Below are positions 26,079-39,744 of a stretch of 64,000 bases of DNA, in pieces. The position numbers and the translations under genes are program-made. The notes below the pieces were generated by a model. That model made no database searches, was not told where the DNA came from, and saw nothing but the letters and a program-made list of their open reading frames with translations. How positions within the stretch are numbered: the first letter of the stretch is position 1; every line of letters starts with the position of its first letter. Origin of the DNA: Octopus vulgaris (taxonomy: Eukaryota); contig OX597826.1 in assembly GCA_951406725.2 (NCBI GenBank), positions 67,084,001-67,148,000 of the forward strand, in the 5' to 3' direction.

Positions 26079-26544
26079 TATATATATATATCATGTCAGA
26101 TATTCAACATTCTTTACATTTGTTCATTCATAGACACAGCACCAAAACTATTTGCCTCACTAAAATTCTTCGTTTTATTTTCTACACACCAAAACTTCTT
26201 CATTTAACTTCGTGATTGTGTCATCTTTAATTCTCTTTAACACTAATTCTTTTTAACACATTTGTTTTTTCATTCTATCAATTTTCGAAAGTAAACTTTC
26301 TAGACAACTCTTCGGAATCTTATTTATTTATTTCGTTTTCTTAAATGTATATTTATTTATTTATTTTTTTTTTGCCAGATATTTTCATTAAAGTGATATT
26401 AATCAAGACAGTGTCTCTTCAACCAGACTACCACCAGTTCAAATTATTCACTAACAATGAGTAATACGAGAATCTCTGATGACATTGTCAAAGAAAGAAT
26501 CTGTCGGAGTTTTTCAATTGTTTTTCAATCTGTTTCTTCTGTTA

Positions 26545-26690
26545 TAGCTGTGTGGTTAAAAAGCTCGAACGTGGCTTTGTTTCAGTCCTGGTGTACGAAG
26601 CCTTGAGCAAGTGACTTCTACCACAGCTCCGCACCGACCAATGACTTATTATTCAATTAGGCAAACGGAAACTGTGTAGAACCCCATCGT
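26545..26690 (+). mobile_element. Degenerate SINE family A 5' half
   Basis: GCTGTGTGGTT..CCTTGAGCAAGTGACTTCTAC..ACGGAAACTG. Confidence 0.65.
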
Positions 26691-26717
26691 ATATATATAA
26701 ATGTATGTGTCTATGTT

Positions 26718-27099
26718 GGAGGCACAATGGCCCAGTGGTTAGAGCAGCGGACTCGCGGTCATAGGATCGTGGTTTCGATTCCCAGACCGGGCGTTGTGAG
26801 TGTTTATTGAGCGAAAACGCCTAAAAGCTCCACGAGGCTCCGGCAGGGGATGGTGGTGATCCCTGCTGTACTCTTTCACCACAACTTTCTCTCACTCTTA
26901 CTTCCTGTTTCTGTTGTACCTGTATTTCAAGGGGCCGGCCTTGTCACTCTCTGTGTCACGCTGAATATCCCCGAGAACTACGTTAAGGGTACACGTGTCT
27001 GTGGAGTGCTCAGCCACTTACACGTTAATTTCACGAGCAGGCTGTTCCGTTGATCGGATCAACCGGAACCCTCGTCGTCGTAACCGACGGAGTGCTTCC
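26718..27099 (+). mobile_element. SINE family C1, full length
   Basis: A/B boxes; TSD TATGTGTCTATGT at 26704-26716 and 27100-27112. Confidence 0.93.
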
Positions 27100-27782
27100 T
27101 ATGTGTCTATGTGTGTGTGCTTATGCGTGTGTCTGTATGTGCATGTCTACACATTTGTGTACGTCAATGTGTGTCTGTGTGTCTTTCCTTTTGTCGGTTT
27201 ATTTATGTCACTCTCACTTTCTCGTGGGCAAGAATTTCTTTAACAACATTACTGTAATTCACTGACCGGTTGGTTTTATGCACCTGGTGATCTGCAACTG
27301 AATTATCCCTGGGTACATTTACTACATCCTCAGTATTACAGTATGAAAGTTATGGAGACAACATAGCCTAACGAAAAGATAGTATGACAAAATGACAAAG
27401 AATCTCGTGTTTAAGCGTATCGGCGAAACGCTTAGAAGTAGTCAGATGTTGATAGGTCTTAGAATCTTGTATAATTCTTAATTATGTTACTGTTTATTTA
27501 ACGTTAACATTTAGTAAAAACGTAATTATAATACATACACACACACACATATAAATATGGGGTTGATGTAATCGACTTAATCCCTTTGTCTGTCCTTGTT
27601 TAGCCCCTTGTGGGCAGTAAAGGAATATATATATATTTATATACATACACGTATATACATGCATACATTTCTCTCTCCCACTCAAACTATCTCTGTGTGT
27701 ATGTGTATATATATATATACATACACATATATACATGCATACATTTCTCTCTCCCACTCACGCTATATCTGTGTGTATGTAT

Positions 27783-27816
<34 letters not shown>

Positions 27817-27820
<4 letters not shown>

Positions 27821-28176
27821 TTCGCCATGATTAATCGCTAGCCACTAAACATTTTCTATTTTCTCTCCCTGTTTATTTCTGTGTTCCTTTCTGTCGAAGA
27901 GCGTAGGCTCGAAACGTAAAGGACTCTCTCACTTCCTGAGCGTTAAACTAATACATCTGTTTGTTGTTTACACAACCGTCTTCGTATTATGTTTTGTTAT
28001 TTTTTTTGGTAAATTCTCACTATATATATATATTAGTGTATTAGTTTAACGCTCAGGAAGTGAGAGAGTCCTTTACGTTTCGAGCCTACGCTCTTCGACA
28101 GAAAGGAACACAGAAATAAACAAAGGGGAGAAAATAGAAAATGTTTAGTGGCTAGCGATTAATCATGGCGAAATTT
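27817..28176. mobile_element. Tail-to-tail inverted pair of Penelope-like terminal repeats
   Basis: 27817-27955 is the near-perfect reverse complement of 28037-28176; both carry the hammerhead-like motif. Confidence 0.8.
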
Positions 28177-28683
28177 TTATATATATATAATTATATATAT
28201 ATATATATATATATATACATACACACATACATACATAGACACACACACACATATATAAATTTATTTCATATTATATCGAAATTAAAATAATCTATGTAAT
28301 GTTCTAGCAAAATGCTGGAGCTGTCAAATTTTCAAAGTTGAAGAATTTTTATCACTTGAATGGCAGTGGTTTCCTGCATTAATATAAACGAATATTTGTT
28401 TCAAAAATTCCTAAGAAACTGTTTTTTTTTTTTCAAGTAAATCGCTTATATTAGCTATATATGCAACGAAATCATTTAATAAATATTAATAAATTATGTA
28501 TCTGCACCAACTCCCTGTTTCGTATAATTGCAGGGCAAACAATCATTATGCCGGTAGTCATAATGTACCTGTATGTGCGCTCGGTGCAGGTTCATGGATG
28601 TATGTGTAAGAGCATATATACGTGCATACATATCTACATACATACATACATACATACATACATACATACATACATACATACAT

Positions 28684-28715
<32 letters not shown>

Positions 28716-28789
28716 TCACACATATATATATATATGTATATATATATATATTTATGTACATGAATATATACATATATAATTATAGGTAA

Positions 28790-29112
28790 GTGGGTTTCGA
28801 AAGGGGTATCAGAGAGAAGCGTCCCTGCCTTCCTGGGCTAGTTTTCCACCACCCTTCTTAAAAATCTTGGTAGTGGCCTTGGTTCCGGGACCACTCATGT
28901 CTAGAACCTGAGGCTGGGGGTAAGCAAGAATATGCTTCCCGTAGAAAATCCAGCTCCAAAAAAGCCTCATGATAATAAAGGACAATGGGCGCTAGGCAGC
29001 CAGCCCAAAGTTTGGGGTGAGCTGCACCTGCCTACATCAATTGCTATGACACTGAGGTAGATCTGCCCACCTGGATTTAAAACCCTGAATGATGATGAGG
29101 ATGATGATGATA
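28790..29112 (+). mobile_element. Probable RTE-related SINE or LINE UTR remnant
   Basis: GC-richer block with GGGGTAAGCAAG..ATGCTTCCCGTAGAAAA..GCTCCAA, ending in (GAT)n tail; family not firmly recognised. Confidence 0.4.
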
Positions 29113-29140
29113 CACAGGCACATACACTCACACATATATA

Positions 29141-29362
29141 TAAGAAGGAGTTTTTAAAATGTTCCTGGCTTTGGTTAAAAGAAAATACAGCAATACCAGT
29201 TAATTATGATTTTATTCAACATATTTCCCTCTCAGATACAAACACTTCTTGCGGTAGTCCTTCTGTTTTACGAAGATCTGGGAAGATCTGGGAAGGCTGG
29301 GCCTCCAACCAGACCTTTCACAATATCCTTCAAGCCAGGAATATTTTAGGACCCTTTCGTAT
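29141..29362 (-). mobile_element. Mariner-derived MITE
   Basis: Degenerate TIRs ending TTCCTGGCTT / AAGCCAGGAA, TA flanks; homologous to 5756-5897. Confidence 0.7.
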
Positions 29363-29414
29363 ACACATATAATTTAGTTATTAGGATTCTTAAGACTCTG
29401 GCAACAGAAACAGC

Positions 29415-30010
29415 GGCGAGCTTGCAGAATCGTTAGCACGCCGGGCGAAATGCTTAGTGGTATTTCGTCTGCCACTACGTTCTGAGTTCAAATTCTACCG
29501 AGGTCGACTTTGCCTTTCATCCTCTCGGGGTCGATTAAATAAGTACCAGTTACGCACTGGGGTCGATATAATCGACTTAATCCGTTTGTCTGTCCTTGTT
29601 TGTCCTCTCTGTGTTTAGCCCCTTGTGTGTAGTAAAGAAATAGGTATTTCGTCTGCCGCTACGTTCTGAGTTCAAATTCCACCGAGGTCGACTTTGCCTT
29701 TCATCCTCTCGGGGTCGATTAAATAAGTACCAGTTACGCACTGGGGTCGATATAATCGACTTAATCCGTTTGTCTGTCCTTGTTTGTCCTCTCTGTGTTT
29801 AGCCCCTTGTGTGTAGTAAAGAAATAGGTATTTCGTCTGCCGCTACGTTCTGAGTTCAAATTCCGCCGAGGTCGACTTTGCCTTTCATCCTTTCGGGGTC
29901 GATTAAATAAGTACCAGTTACGCACTGGGCATGATATAATCGACTTAAACCGTTTGTCTGTCCTTGTTTGTCTCCTCTGTGTGTAGCCCCTTGTGGGTAG
30001 TAAAGAAATA
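29415..30010 (+). mobile_element. SINE family B trimer
   Basis: Three ~185-bp units joined at AAGAAATA|GGTATTTCG; direct repeat AGAAACAGC at 29406-29414 and 30011-30019. Confidence 0.95.
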
Positions 30011-30803
30011 AGAAACAGCTTGGTACGATGATATAGAGCCCATAAAGAACTGAAAAAAATATTGAAGTCTTCAAGTGTTGGCAGGATATTCTAGATATGC
30101 AAGTACCAAATCCAATTTATGAGCATAGACCCGACTTACTCGCTGAACTTTACTGTGGCGTACGTATAAAGAAAAATAAACACTAATGCTCGTATTTACT
30201 TATATGTATGTATGTATTCGTCGTCAAGCAATCGGGGACAAGTTCAAGAATATTGTAGTATATTTATGTAGAATATTGTATAGTTAGTGGCTTTTGAGAA
30301 CCTTAAGTCGATAAGTACGGTGACGTTTAAGCAGCATAGAAGAGGTTTAATAAGGTTGAAATATGAACGGAATTGTCTTTCACACTTGCTGGTATAATTA
30401 AGAAAAGTAGTTACTGATTAATCTCGTATTTTATTCACCACAGAAAAGTTTTTAATCACGTGTCACTGCATTAGATATGTCAGCACTAAATAAATACATT
30501 TGAAAGTTCAGCATACAGGACGCAAAACGTGTTGCAAGTACGTCATTCATCGTTTCAAAGTTTATTGCCATTCTGAATTTTCAAACAGAGAGGCACATAT
30601 ACTTACATCTGTAGTTACATAGACATATGTCCACATTCATAAACAAAAACTTACACAGAAATATAGTTGCATGCGCAAACATATCCATACATAAAATTCA
30701 AAGTATGTGTCGTGTGTGTGTGTGTTTGTGTGTGTGGGTGGGTGGGTGTGTATTTATACGTATGTGCATGTGGCTGACGTTTTCTTCGTGTATGCATGAT
30801 TGC

Positions 30804-30877
<74 letters not shown>

Positions 30878-31059
30878 AAATATATATATAATCATATATA
30901 CACGAAGATACTCAGCCGCACATACACAATCATATAAATATACACACACAGATATGTATGTATATACACACGCATCTACACATATATGTACATAACCTAT
31001 ATTTTACATTCAACATACGGAACTCATTTTAGATCCTACATACATACATACATGCATAA

Positions 31060-31114
<55 letters not shown>

Positions 31115-31140
31115 TATACATACATATATATATGTGTGTG

Positions 31141-31173
<33 letters not shown>

Positions 31174-31619
31174 CTATATATGTATGCATATATACATATA
31201 TATATATGTTTATACATGTATATATATTTACACACATACACATACAGACACACAAACACACATTTAGAAAGCAAATATATCAAAAGAGCTTCCATATTGA
31301 AAGGGAATTTCAAATGTAAATAAAATAAATTGAACCAAGTCCTTCCCTATTCAACAACGATTATCGAAGATTTATTTACTGTCTAAATGTTAAACATACA
31401 TCTCTCCACACACAAATAGACACACGCCTGCACTCAAACACACACACACACAAACACGTGCTCGTACACATACAGACACGCATATATACATGTATATACA
31501 TGTGGTTTCATAAAGAGCACTTTTTGTTTGAAGTTGCAACCATCCCTATCTGTATTTGCAGTGGCATGTCGATAATCTCACATCTGAAATTGCAACGTCT
31601 TTTAAGCAGCAGCTTGTGT

Positions 31620-31668
31620 TTCATCGTCGCTGGCGTCGACGGCGTCGTCGTCGTCGTCGTTATAGTCG

Positions 31669-31706
<38 letters not shown>

Positions 31707-31829
31707 GTCATCATCATAATTCCCCCCTCCACCTCATCATTATCATCGTCGTCATTTATCATCATCATCACCATCATCGTCAACATCCCCCTCTACCTCA
31801 TCGTCATTACCATCATCACCTTCATCACC

Positions 31830-31878
<49 letters not shown>

Positions 31879-32024
31879 CCTTCTTCCACCACCTCCTACT
31901 CCTCCTCCGCCTGCTCCTCCACCATCATCGTCGACCACAAAATTCATCCTTTTCCACTTTTGGGTTCCTTTTCTTCTCCTTCTCATCATCATCCATCACC
32001 ACCACATTTATGTTTTCTTCCTCC

Positions 32025-32055
<31 letters not shown>

Positions 32056-32116
32056 CTTCTTCTTCTTCTTCCTCCTCCAGCTTCATCTTCTTTTCTTCTT
32101 TATCCTCTCCTCCTCC

Positions 32117-32161
<45 letters not shown>

Positions 32162-32660
32162 TTCTTCTTCTTCTACTTCTTCTTCTTCTTCTTCTTCCTC
32201 TCCTCCTCGTCTCCTACTTTCCGTTCTTCTTCTCCTATTTCTTCTTCCTCTTCCTCCTCCTCCATCTTCTTCTTCTTCTTCTTCTTCTTCTTCTTCTTCT
32301 TCTTCTTCTTCTTCTTCTTCCTCCTCCACCTCCTCCTCCAGCATCATCTTCTTTTCTTCTTTATCCTCTCCTCCTCCTTGTTCTTCATCATCATCATCAT
32401 CTTCTTCTTCTTCTTCTTCTTCTTTTTCTTCTTCCTCTTCTGTTTCCTCATCCACCTCCTCCTCCATCTTCATCTTTGCTTCTATTTCTTCCTCTCCTCC
32501 TCATCTTGTTGTTGTTGTTGTTGTCGTTCTTCTTCTTCTTTATCTCCTACTTCTTCCTCTCTCCGTCAACTTCTTCCTCTCCTTCTACCTCTTCCATTTC
32601 TTCCCCTTTTCCTCCTTCATCGTCGTCGTTTGTCAGTTTCTACTCCTTGTACTTCACTAA
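31620..32660. repeat. Trinucleotide mosaic (CAT/CTT/CCT/CGT)n with an internal duplication
   Basis: Block at ~32072-32122 recurs at ~32332-32383; source of the 400/397/255-aa low-complexity ORFs. Confidence 0.92.
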
Positions 32661-32836
32661 CAAGCATCACATCACCACCAATCTACCCATCCCCACCCGT
32701 GGTTCCAGCCGCATCTTCATACAATAAACCACCATCTGCATTTCCCTAACCCTATCTATTCCTCTCCTTCTTTACCTTTCACTCATCTATTCCCATCTCT
32801 TTCTACACAAATATACGTGCATACATATATATACAT

Positions 32837-32900
<64 letters not shown>

Positions 32901-33009
32901 GCGCACATACACACATATATACATATATACTTTTATATATATATATATATATATGCATATATATGTATTGTATATATGTATGTAAATCTCTCCTCTCACT
33001 ATCTCATGA

Positions 33010-33068
<59 letters not shown>

Positions 33069-33210
33069 CAGATGTAGAACAACATATACGCATACATACA
33101 CACATGTGGATATATGTGTATATATATGTATGTATATATGTTTATATATATATATATATATATACATAGAGATGTAGAACAACATATACGCATACATACA
33201 CACATGTGAA

Positions 33211-33288
<78 letters not shown>

Positions 33289-33292
33289 CATT

Positions 33293-33331
<39 letters not shown>

Positions 33332-33607
33332 GTATGTGCATGCATGTATCCCTTCTATTTTTCTGTTAACCTTTACCCACCAATATCTAACTCCTCTCTC
33401 CCTAACCTTCACCCGATCCAACCCGAGCTGTCTCTTCAGTTGCAGTGGTGCATCAAAGGCCTACATATGGCGGGGGCTCCCATTAATTGAAACGTGAGAA
33501 AGAAACTGTCACTTTAACTCCGCGAACTCTATAACAGGAAATATATTGTGTGTGTGTGTTGATGTACGTTCGTACGTATAAGTATCTGTGTGCGTGCGAA
33601 TATATAC

Positions 33608-33657
<50 letters not shown>

Positions 33658-33811
33658 ATATATTTATATATGTCTATGTATATATATATATATATATATA
33701 TGTATACATATATATTATATATGTATATATGTATGTATGTTTGTGTGTGTGTGTTTGCTTTATATATGCAACATGTTAATGTGAAGGTGTGAATATATAT
33801 ATAATACTTAC

Positions 33812-33843
<32 letters not shown>

Positions 33844-34222
33844 CCCTCTTTCCCTCATTCTTTTTTCTGTCTCCCTCTCTCTCTATATATATGTGTGTGT
33901 GTGTGAGTATATATATATATATATATCTACAGCAGCATATATTGGCACTATAGAAACTTGTTTCTACAACAACCAATGTGAAAAGTATTAAGCAGCGTGT
34001 TATGGTATCAATGTTAGATTTTAAAAGGGATCTTTAGTGGATTATCCAAGGAAAAATATCGAGCGTTCGGAAATAGCGTCGTTGACGATGATTATGATAG
34101 TGATGCTGCTGGGTTTGGTAGCTGATACTGAAGTCAGTGACGTAAGAGGATATAAATATATATATATATATACATACATACATATATATACATATATATA
34201 CATATGCATATGTATGTATTCA

Positions 34223-34259
<37 letters not shown>

Positions 34260-34997
34260 ATTTTTGAATACAAATATTTAGAATGGAGTAGATTATGAAG
34301 ATAAAGATGAAAAAGCAAACAGAGATGAAGAGGGTAAAAATGCGCAAAATATTAAGGCATAAAATGAAAAAAAAAATTCTACGCAGGATCGGAAAACTTA
34401 GTGGAAAAAGAAAAGAAGAAATAAAGGAAAAACATGAAGAAAGTAAAGAGGAAAAATATAAACGAAAGATAAAAAAGAAAAATGGAAGAAATGACAGTAA
34501 AAAAAAATGGTAACATAAAAGTGGGAGAAATTTCGAAACGTTTATGATTTGAGTGACTTTATGATGAAAAATATGAGAAAAGCGAAGGGTAGAGATGTTA
34601 ATGCTGATATAAGTGGTTTTGGTACTGTCGAATCGGTAGAATGACAGACGCTAATGTCCTGCTCGATTTAGCTTTGGTTATTATTCCAGGGTCAAATCCC
34701 AGGTGAAGCGATAACGGTGACTGTTTTCTTTCATATTTTCGTACTTTATGTTATGTAGCTATGTTAAATGTTGTACTGAGTTTAGTCTTTAGTTGCCTTA
34801 ACTGTTGTATAAATGATGTATAAATGTGTTCATACATATAATACATTGTACACACGTGTGTGTGTGTCTGTGTATTTATTTACATACATGTCAGAATATC
34901 TTTTTAAAGTACTTTTAAGAACAACACCGGGAGAAAGTCAGCGTCTATTCAAGTTAATCGGCGAAATTTGATTGCCCACCAATATACATAGATACAT

Positions 34998-35088
<91 letters not shown>

Positions 35089-36026
35089 TACACATATACA
35101 CACATACACATGTATGAATGTGTATGTGTGTAGTTGCTGGTTATTGCCGGTCAAGTGTTTACCATTAGTTTTGCGTTTATAAAGTTCTTATCCATATAGT
35201 TGACTTTTCATACTCGTTGCCCGGTGACACAGAACATCCCTGTGACCTGAGGTGTTAAAACAGTCTTGATTGTGAAAACAAAATCCCGAAACGAAATTCG
35301 GTTAAACTAAAGCGTTTGACCCGAGCCAAAAAACAAAAGAAAAATAGTGTAATAGGTGTAAAACAACTTCATCTAGTTTCAGCTCACGAGCTGTGGCCAT
35401 GTTGGGGCACCGCAAAAAAAAAAAAGACTGCGCGCTCGCGAAATGGGGTGGCGAAGAGGCCTCGGAAAAATCACATCGTGAATGTTCTGAGTCGCCCCAC
35501 CAGAGTCAAAAAACAAAAGAAAATAGTGTAATAGGCGAGTGTGCACTTCGTTCGCTAGTCGGCAAGCGAGATTTCCATGTTTGGAACTGGAATTTTCTCA
35601 TCAGATCGCTAGAAAACATGTTATAAGGTTATTACCCGAATTATATTAATGATATATGCATATTAATAGAATTAGATGTGCATATAAACGTGTAACATAA
35701 GATATGGATTCAAGAAATCGTGTGGGTCTCACAGAAAGCTCCTCTTACGGATTTGGCTACCAGTTCACATAGTGATCTATTACAGAGTGTAATGTGTATT
35801 GCCCAAGCAACTGAAATCCAGAAGATCTGATGGATGAAATTATTTCATGAGGAGACAATTCTTTAACCTTTCTATCGATTTAAAAATAATATATATATAT
35901 ATATATGTATGTATGTATGTATGCATGTATGCATGTGTCCATGTATGTATGTTTGTATGCATGTATGTATGTATGTTTGTATGTATGTATGTATGTATGT
36001 ATGTATGTGTGTATGTATGTATGTAT

Positions 36027-36186
36027 ACGCAGGAGTGGGTTTGAGGTAAGTAGCTTTCTTACCAACCACATGGTTCTGGGTTCAGTTCCATTGCGTGACA
36101 CCTTGGGCGAGTGTATTCTGCAATAGCCTCGGGCCGACCAAAACCTTTTCAGTGTATTTCGTAGACCGAAACAGAAAAGAAGCCTG

Positions 36187-36251
<65 letters not shown>

Positions 36252-36489
36252 CGCACACACAATATATATATATATATGTATGTATATGTTTGTGTGTCTA
36301 TGCTTGTCTCCCACTATTACTTGGCAACCGATGCTGGTGTGTTTACATCCCCGTAACTTGAAGGTTCGGTAAAAGAGACCGATAGAATAAGTACTAGTCT
36401 TACATAGAATAAGTTCTGGGGTCGATTTGTTCAACTAAATGCTCCAGCATGGCCGCAGTCAAATGACTGAAACAAATAAAAGTAAAAGT
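36027..36489 (+). mobile_element. SINE family A, full length
   Basis: Collinear with other copies; expanded internal microsatellite. Confidence 0.92.
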
Positions 36490-37062
36490 TCATAAGAGTA
36501 TACTCATGTATTACACACGCACTCACGTGCGCGCAGCATCCATGCTGTTTTGCATCAATGAAAGATGCAGAGATAATAATGTTTAACACTGGGCTGCAGA
36601 TGATGAGAATCTCCCGCAAAATATAATATTATATAATTGTCTCAAGTACGGGTGCATGACTTTCAATATTCTTTTGGTTAGGAGCGTTTAATCATGCACC
36701 TCCGCAATAATACGTGAATGAGAAGACGGAAGGTAGCGAAGCAAATTTAACAACAGCCAGTGGATTTGAACTCCGAACGCGATGAGCCAAAACGAATAAG
36801 AAAAGTCATTTGTTTCCAAGGTTCCGCCAATTCTAGCTTCTCGGCGCTTTTTATATCATATAGCATAATATCATCCCCGTGCGAACACACGAATATGTGC
36901 ATATATACATATACATACACACGTATATATACATACAGACATATAGATACATACATACTTATAGATACACACGCACAAACACATAAGTATATAAATGTAT
37001 GTGTGTGTGTGTATACATAGATACATACACCTTTCTTCTTACTCAAACACACACACATTTAT

Positions 37063-37119
<57 letters not shown>

Positions 37120-37254
37120 TATATATATATACATACATACATATATATATGCATATATGTATGTATATATATATACTTATATATATACATACATATATAC
37201 ATACATGCATTCATACATACATACATACACACATACATACAAACATACATATAT

Positions 37255-37288
<34 letters not shown>

Positions 37289-37962
37289 GTACCTATATAC
37301 ACATAAAATTTTGCGTGTGTATCCGTGGAATAAATGTGCTTATATAGGTAGGTGTTTGCGTGTGTAGATGGGTGCTGATGTAGGAAGGAACTGACATAAA
37401 GTAGGTAGAAATTAAAACTGCACACTATACAAGAACTTCAAATCAAAATGGCGATAACTCAGCTGTCAATACCTGAACGATAACTTTGGAGGTCGTCACC
37501 CTACAAATTAATTTAAGATAGGGTTAGAAATATTACCTCATATAAGAAGAATTAACACTTCTCTTTTGCACATATCTATAGATAGATAAATGCATAGGCA
37601 CGTAAACTATATACGAACAAGCAGACATCCGATACACACGTGGATATATGCATACATATGTACACACGTTCTTACATACATGCATGCATGCACACACACA
37701 AACATAAACACGCATTTATATATGTGTGTATTTATTTATATGCTGACACGTAGCGTTTCAAAGTGAGCATTAGCCAAAATTAAATCACTGTAGCCCAATA
37801 CCTTTCACTCACCACCACCGCCACCACCAATATATTCCACCGGGTCAAATATTGCCAGGAAATTCTATGGATATTTGTCTTATTCCTAAGAACAAATCAT
37901 ATATATATATGTATGGATGCACGCACACGCACGTACACATATGCGAGTGTGTATATAAGTAC

Positions 37963-38020
<58 letters not shown>

Positions 38021-38183
38021 TTGTGTATTTATATATATATATATATATGTGTGTGTGTATATATGTATATATATATATGTATGTGTATATGTGTAAGTGT
38101 ATGTGTGTATTAAAATAGGTATACGCACATATGCATAAATATATATTTGGCGATATATACACACACACATACACAAACATATA

Positions 38184-38214
<31 letters not shown>

Positions 38215-38879
38215 GTGTGTGTGTATGTGTTTATGTATGCATGTATGTATCATTTAGCTATGCGTGTGTCGATTTCTCAAATTAAATAGGCGAGAGGGTG
38301 ACGGTGGGGGTAGGTTTTGGTGCTGGAAAGTTTAGTTAAAGCCGATGAACATTTATTTAACTAATTTGAGAGATAGAAAAGAAGGACACCTACACACATA
38401 CACACACACACTCACAGACACACATATGCAAACACACACAGACACACATATGCAAACACATGTATACGCACGCGCTCGTGTGTGTGTGTGTGTGTGTGTG
38501 TATGAGAATTGAGGGAAAGAATCACGAATTTCTACTCTGTGATGTAATCAGTAAAATGGTCGTCGAGAAATCGAATGAGACGTGATTCGTATTCTATGAA
38601 TGGCGTCGTTGTTTTTTTTTTATGATTTCTATTTCAAATATTTAAGTTTATCAAGACGTTCATTTTTAACGCTTGCTCACATACACGCGCACGTGCACAC
38701 ATAGACATTCACACATACAAACACCCACCCACACACACATACATACAGTCGCGCATACATATACTCAGATGAACATTTATAGAATATATATACCTTATAT
38801 TTATAACGAAAGTGTTTCTTTTGTGCGAAACTTTTAATGGAGAACTGAATAAATGTGAAAATCCCATACTTAGAGCAAT

Positions 38880-39230
38880 ACAAATATGAGAAATTGATCG
38901 GTAGAGGGCATCTGCTCCCAGCAGGTTAAATATCAAGTATTTCTATCTAAGATCTACGGATGTACTTTTGTAGATTGTGAGACCCCGGTTCTTTGAAGGG
39001 AAACTAACAACAAGTCTGTGTTCTTCAATGCACCATACATCTTGTTGCCGCTCTTTCATTTGCCATTTCAGTATTTGTTCGCTTAGGGGTGACTTCCTCT
39101 TAAATATTTCTCCGCCCGAGATTGCTAATACCCTCTACTTGATTTGCTCACTAGCTCAAGTTTTGGACCGTGGGTTCTTGGCGAATTCATCTACATATAC
39201 AATTCTTCTACAACAGTTTACAAACTAGAG
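38880..39230 (-). mobile_element. Possible decayed RTE-type LINE endonuclease N-terminus
   Basis: Minus frame KWQMKERQQDVWCIEEHRL resembles the APE motif D-x-x-C-I-Q-E-H-R; single motif only. Confidence 0.3.
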
Positions 39231-39682
39231 AGAGAGATACTGAGAGAGCTATAGCATTAAACGAACACTTATAACCTTTTTCTTAATGTCCAACGTACCA
39301 CTATATGACAATTTATTTTTACTAAAGAGAACAATATCTATTAATAACGCACCTTTCAGTTTTTAAATTCTCAGCATTTTTTCGAGGCTTTGTCGTTATT
39401 CCAAGAGGAAACTGGTTAAAAGTTCAGTACTTCAATATATAGAATCAGAAACGACGAAAAAAATTAGTTCATGGTGGTTATTTATTCTATAAAAGTAGAC
39501 AGAATGGAGACATGACTTAATAGAAGAGTGATAAATATCATAAATATAAGTACTGTGCTCGTGTAACAACATAAGAGGAAAAGAAATAACTAGTCTTGTA
39601 AATGAACACAATCATAACCGTGTAGATAAATTGTATCCGTAAATTACTTGCTGTAGATGAATTGTTGTAAACGAATTCGTCG

Positions 39683-39744
39683 GATACCTGGAGCGTGGTA
39701 TGGCCTCGATGTGATACCTGGACTGTGGTATGGCCTCGATGTGA
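39683..39744. repeat. 30-bp tandem duplication
   Basis: GATACCTGGA(GC/CT)GTGGTATGGCCTCGATGT x2. Confidence 0.9.

Noticed and set aside
26474-26512. CTGATGA..GAAA..GTC hammerhead-like string
   Set aside because: Stems II and III do not pair
31458-32749. 400-, 397- and 255-aa ORFs
   Set aside because: Trinucleotide mosaic open in three frames and on the opposite strand
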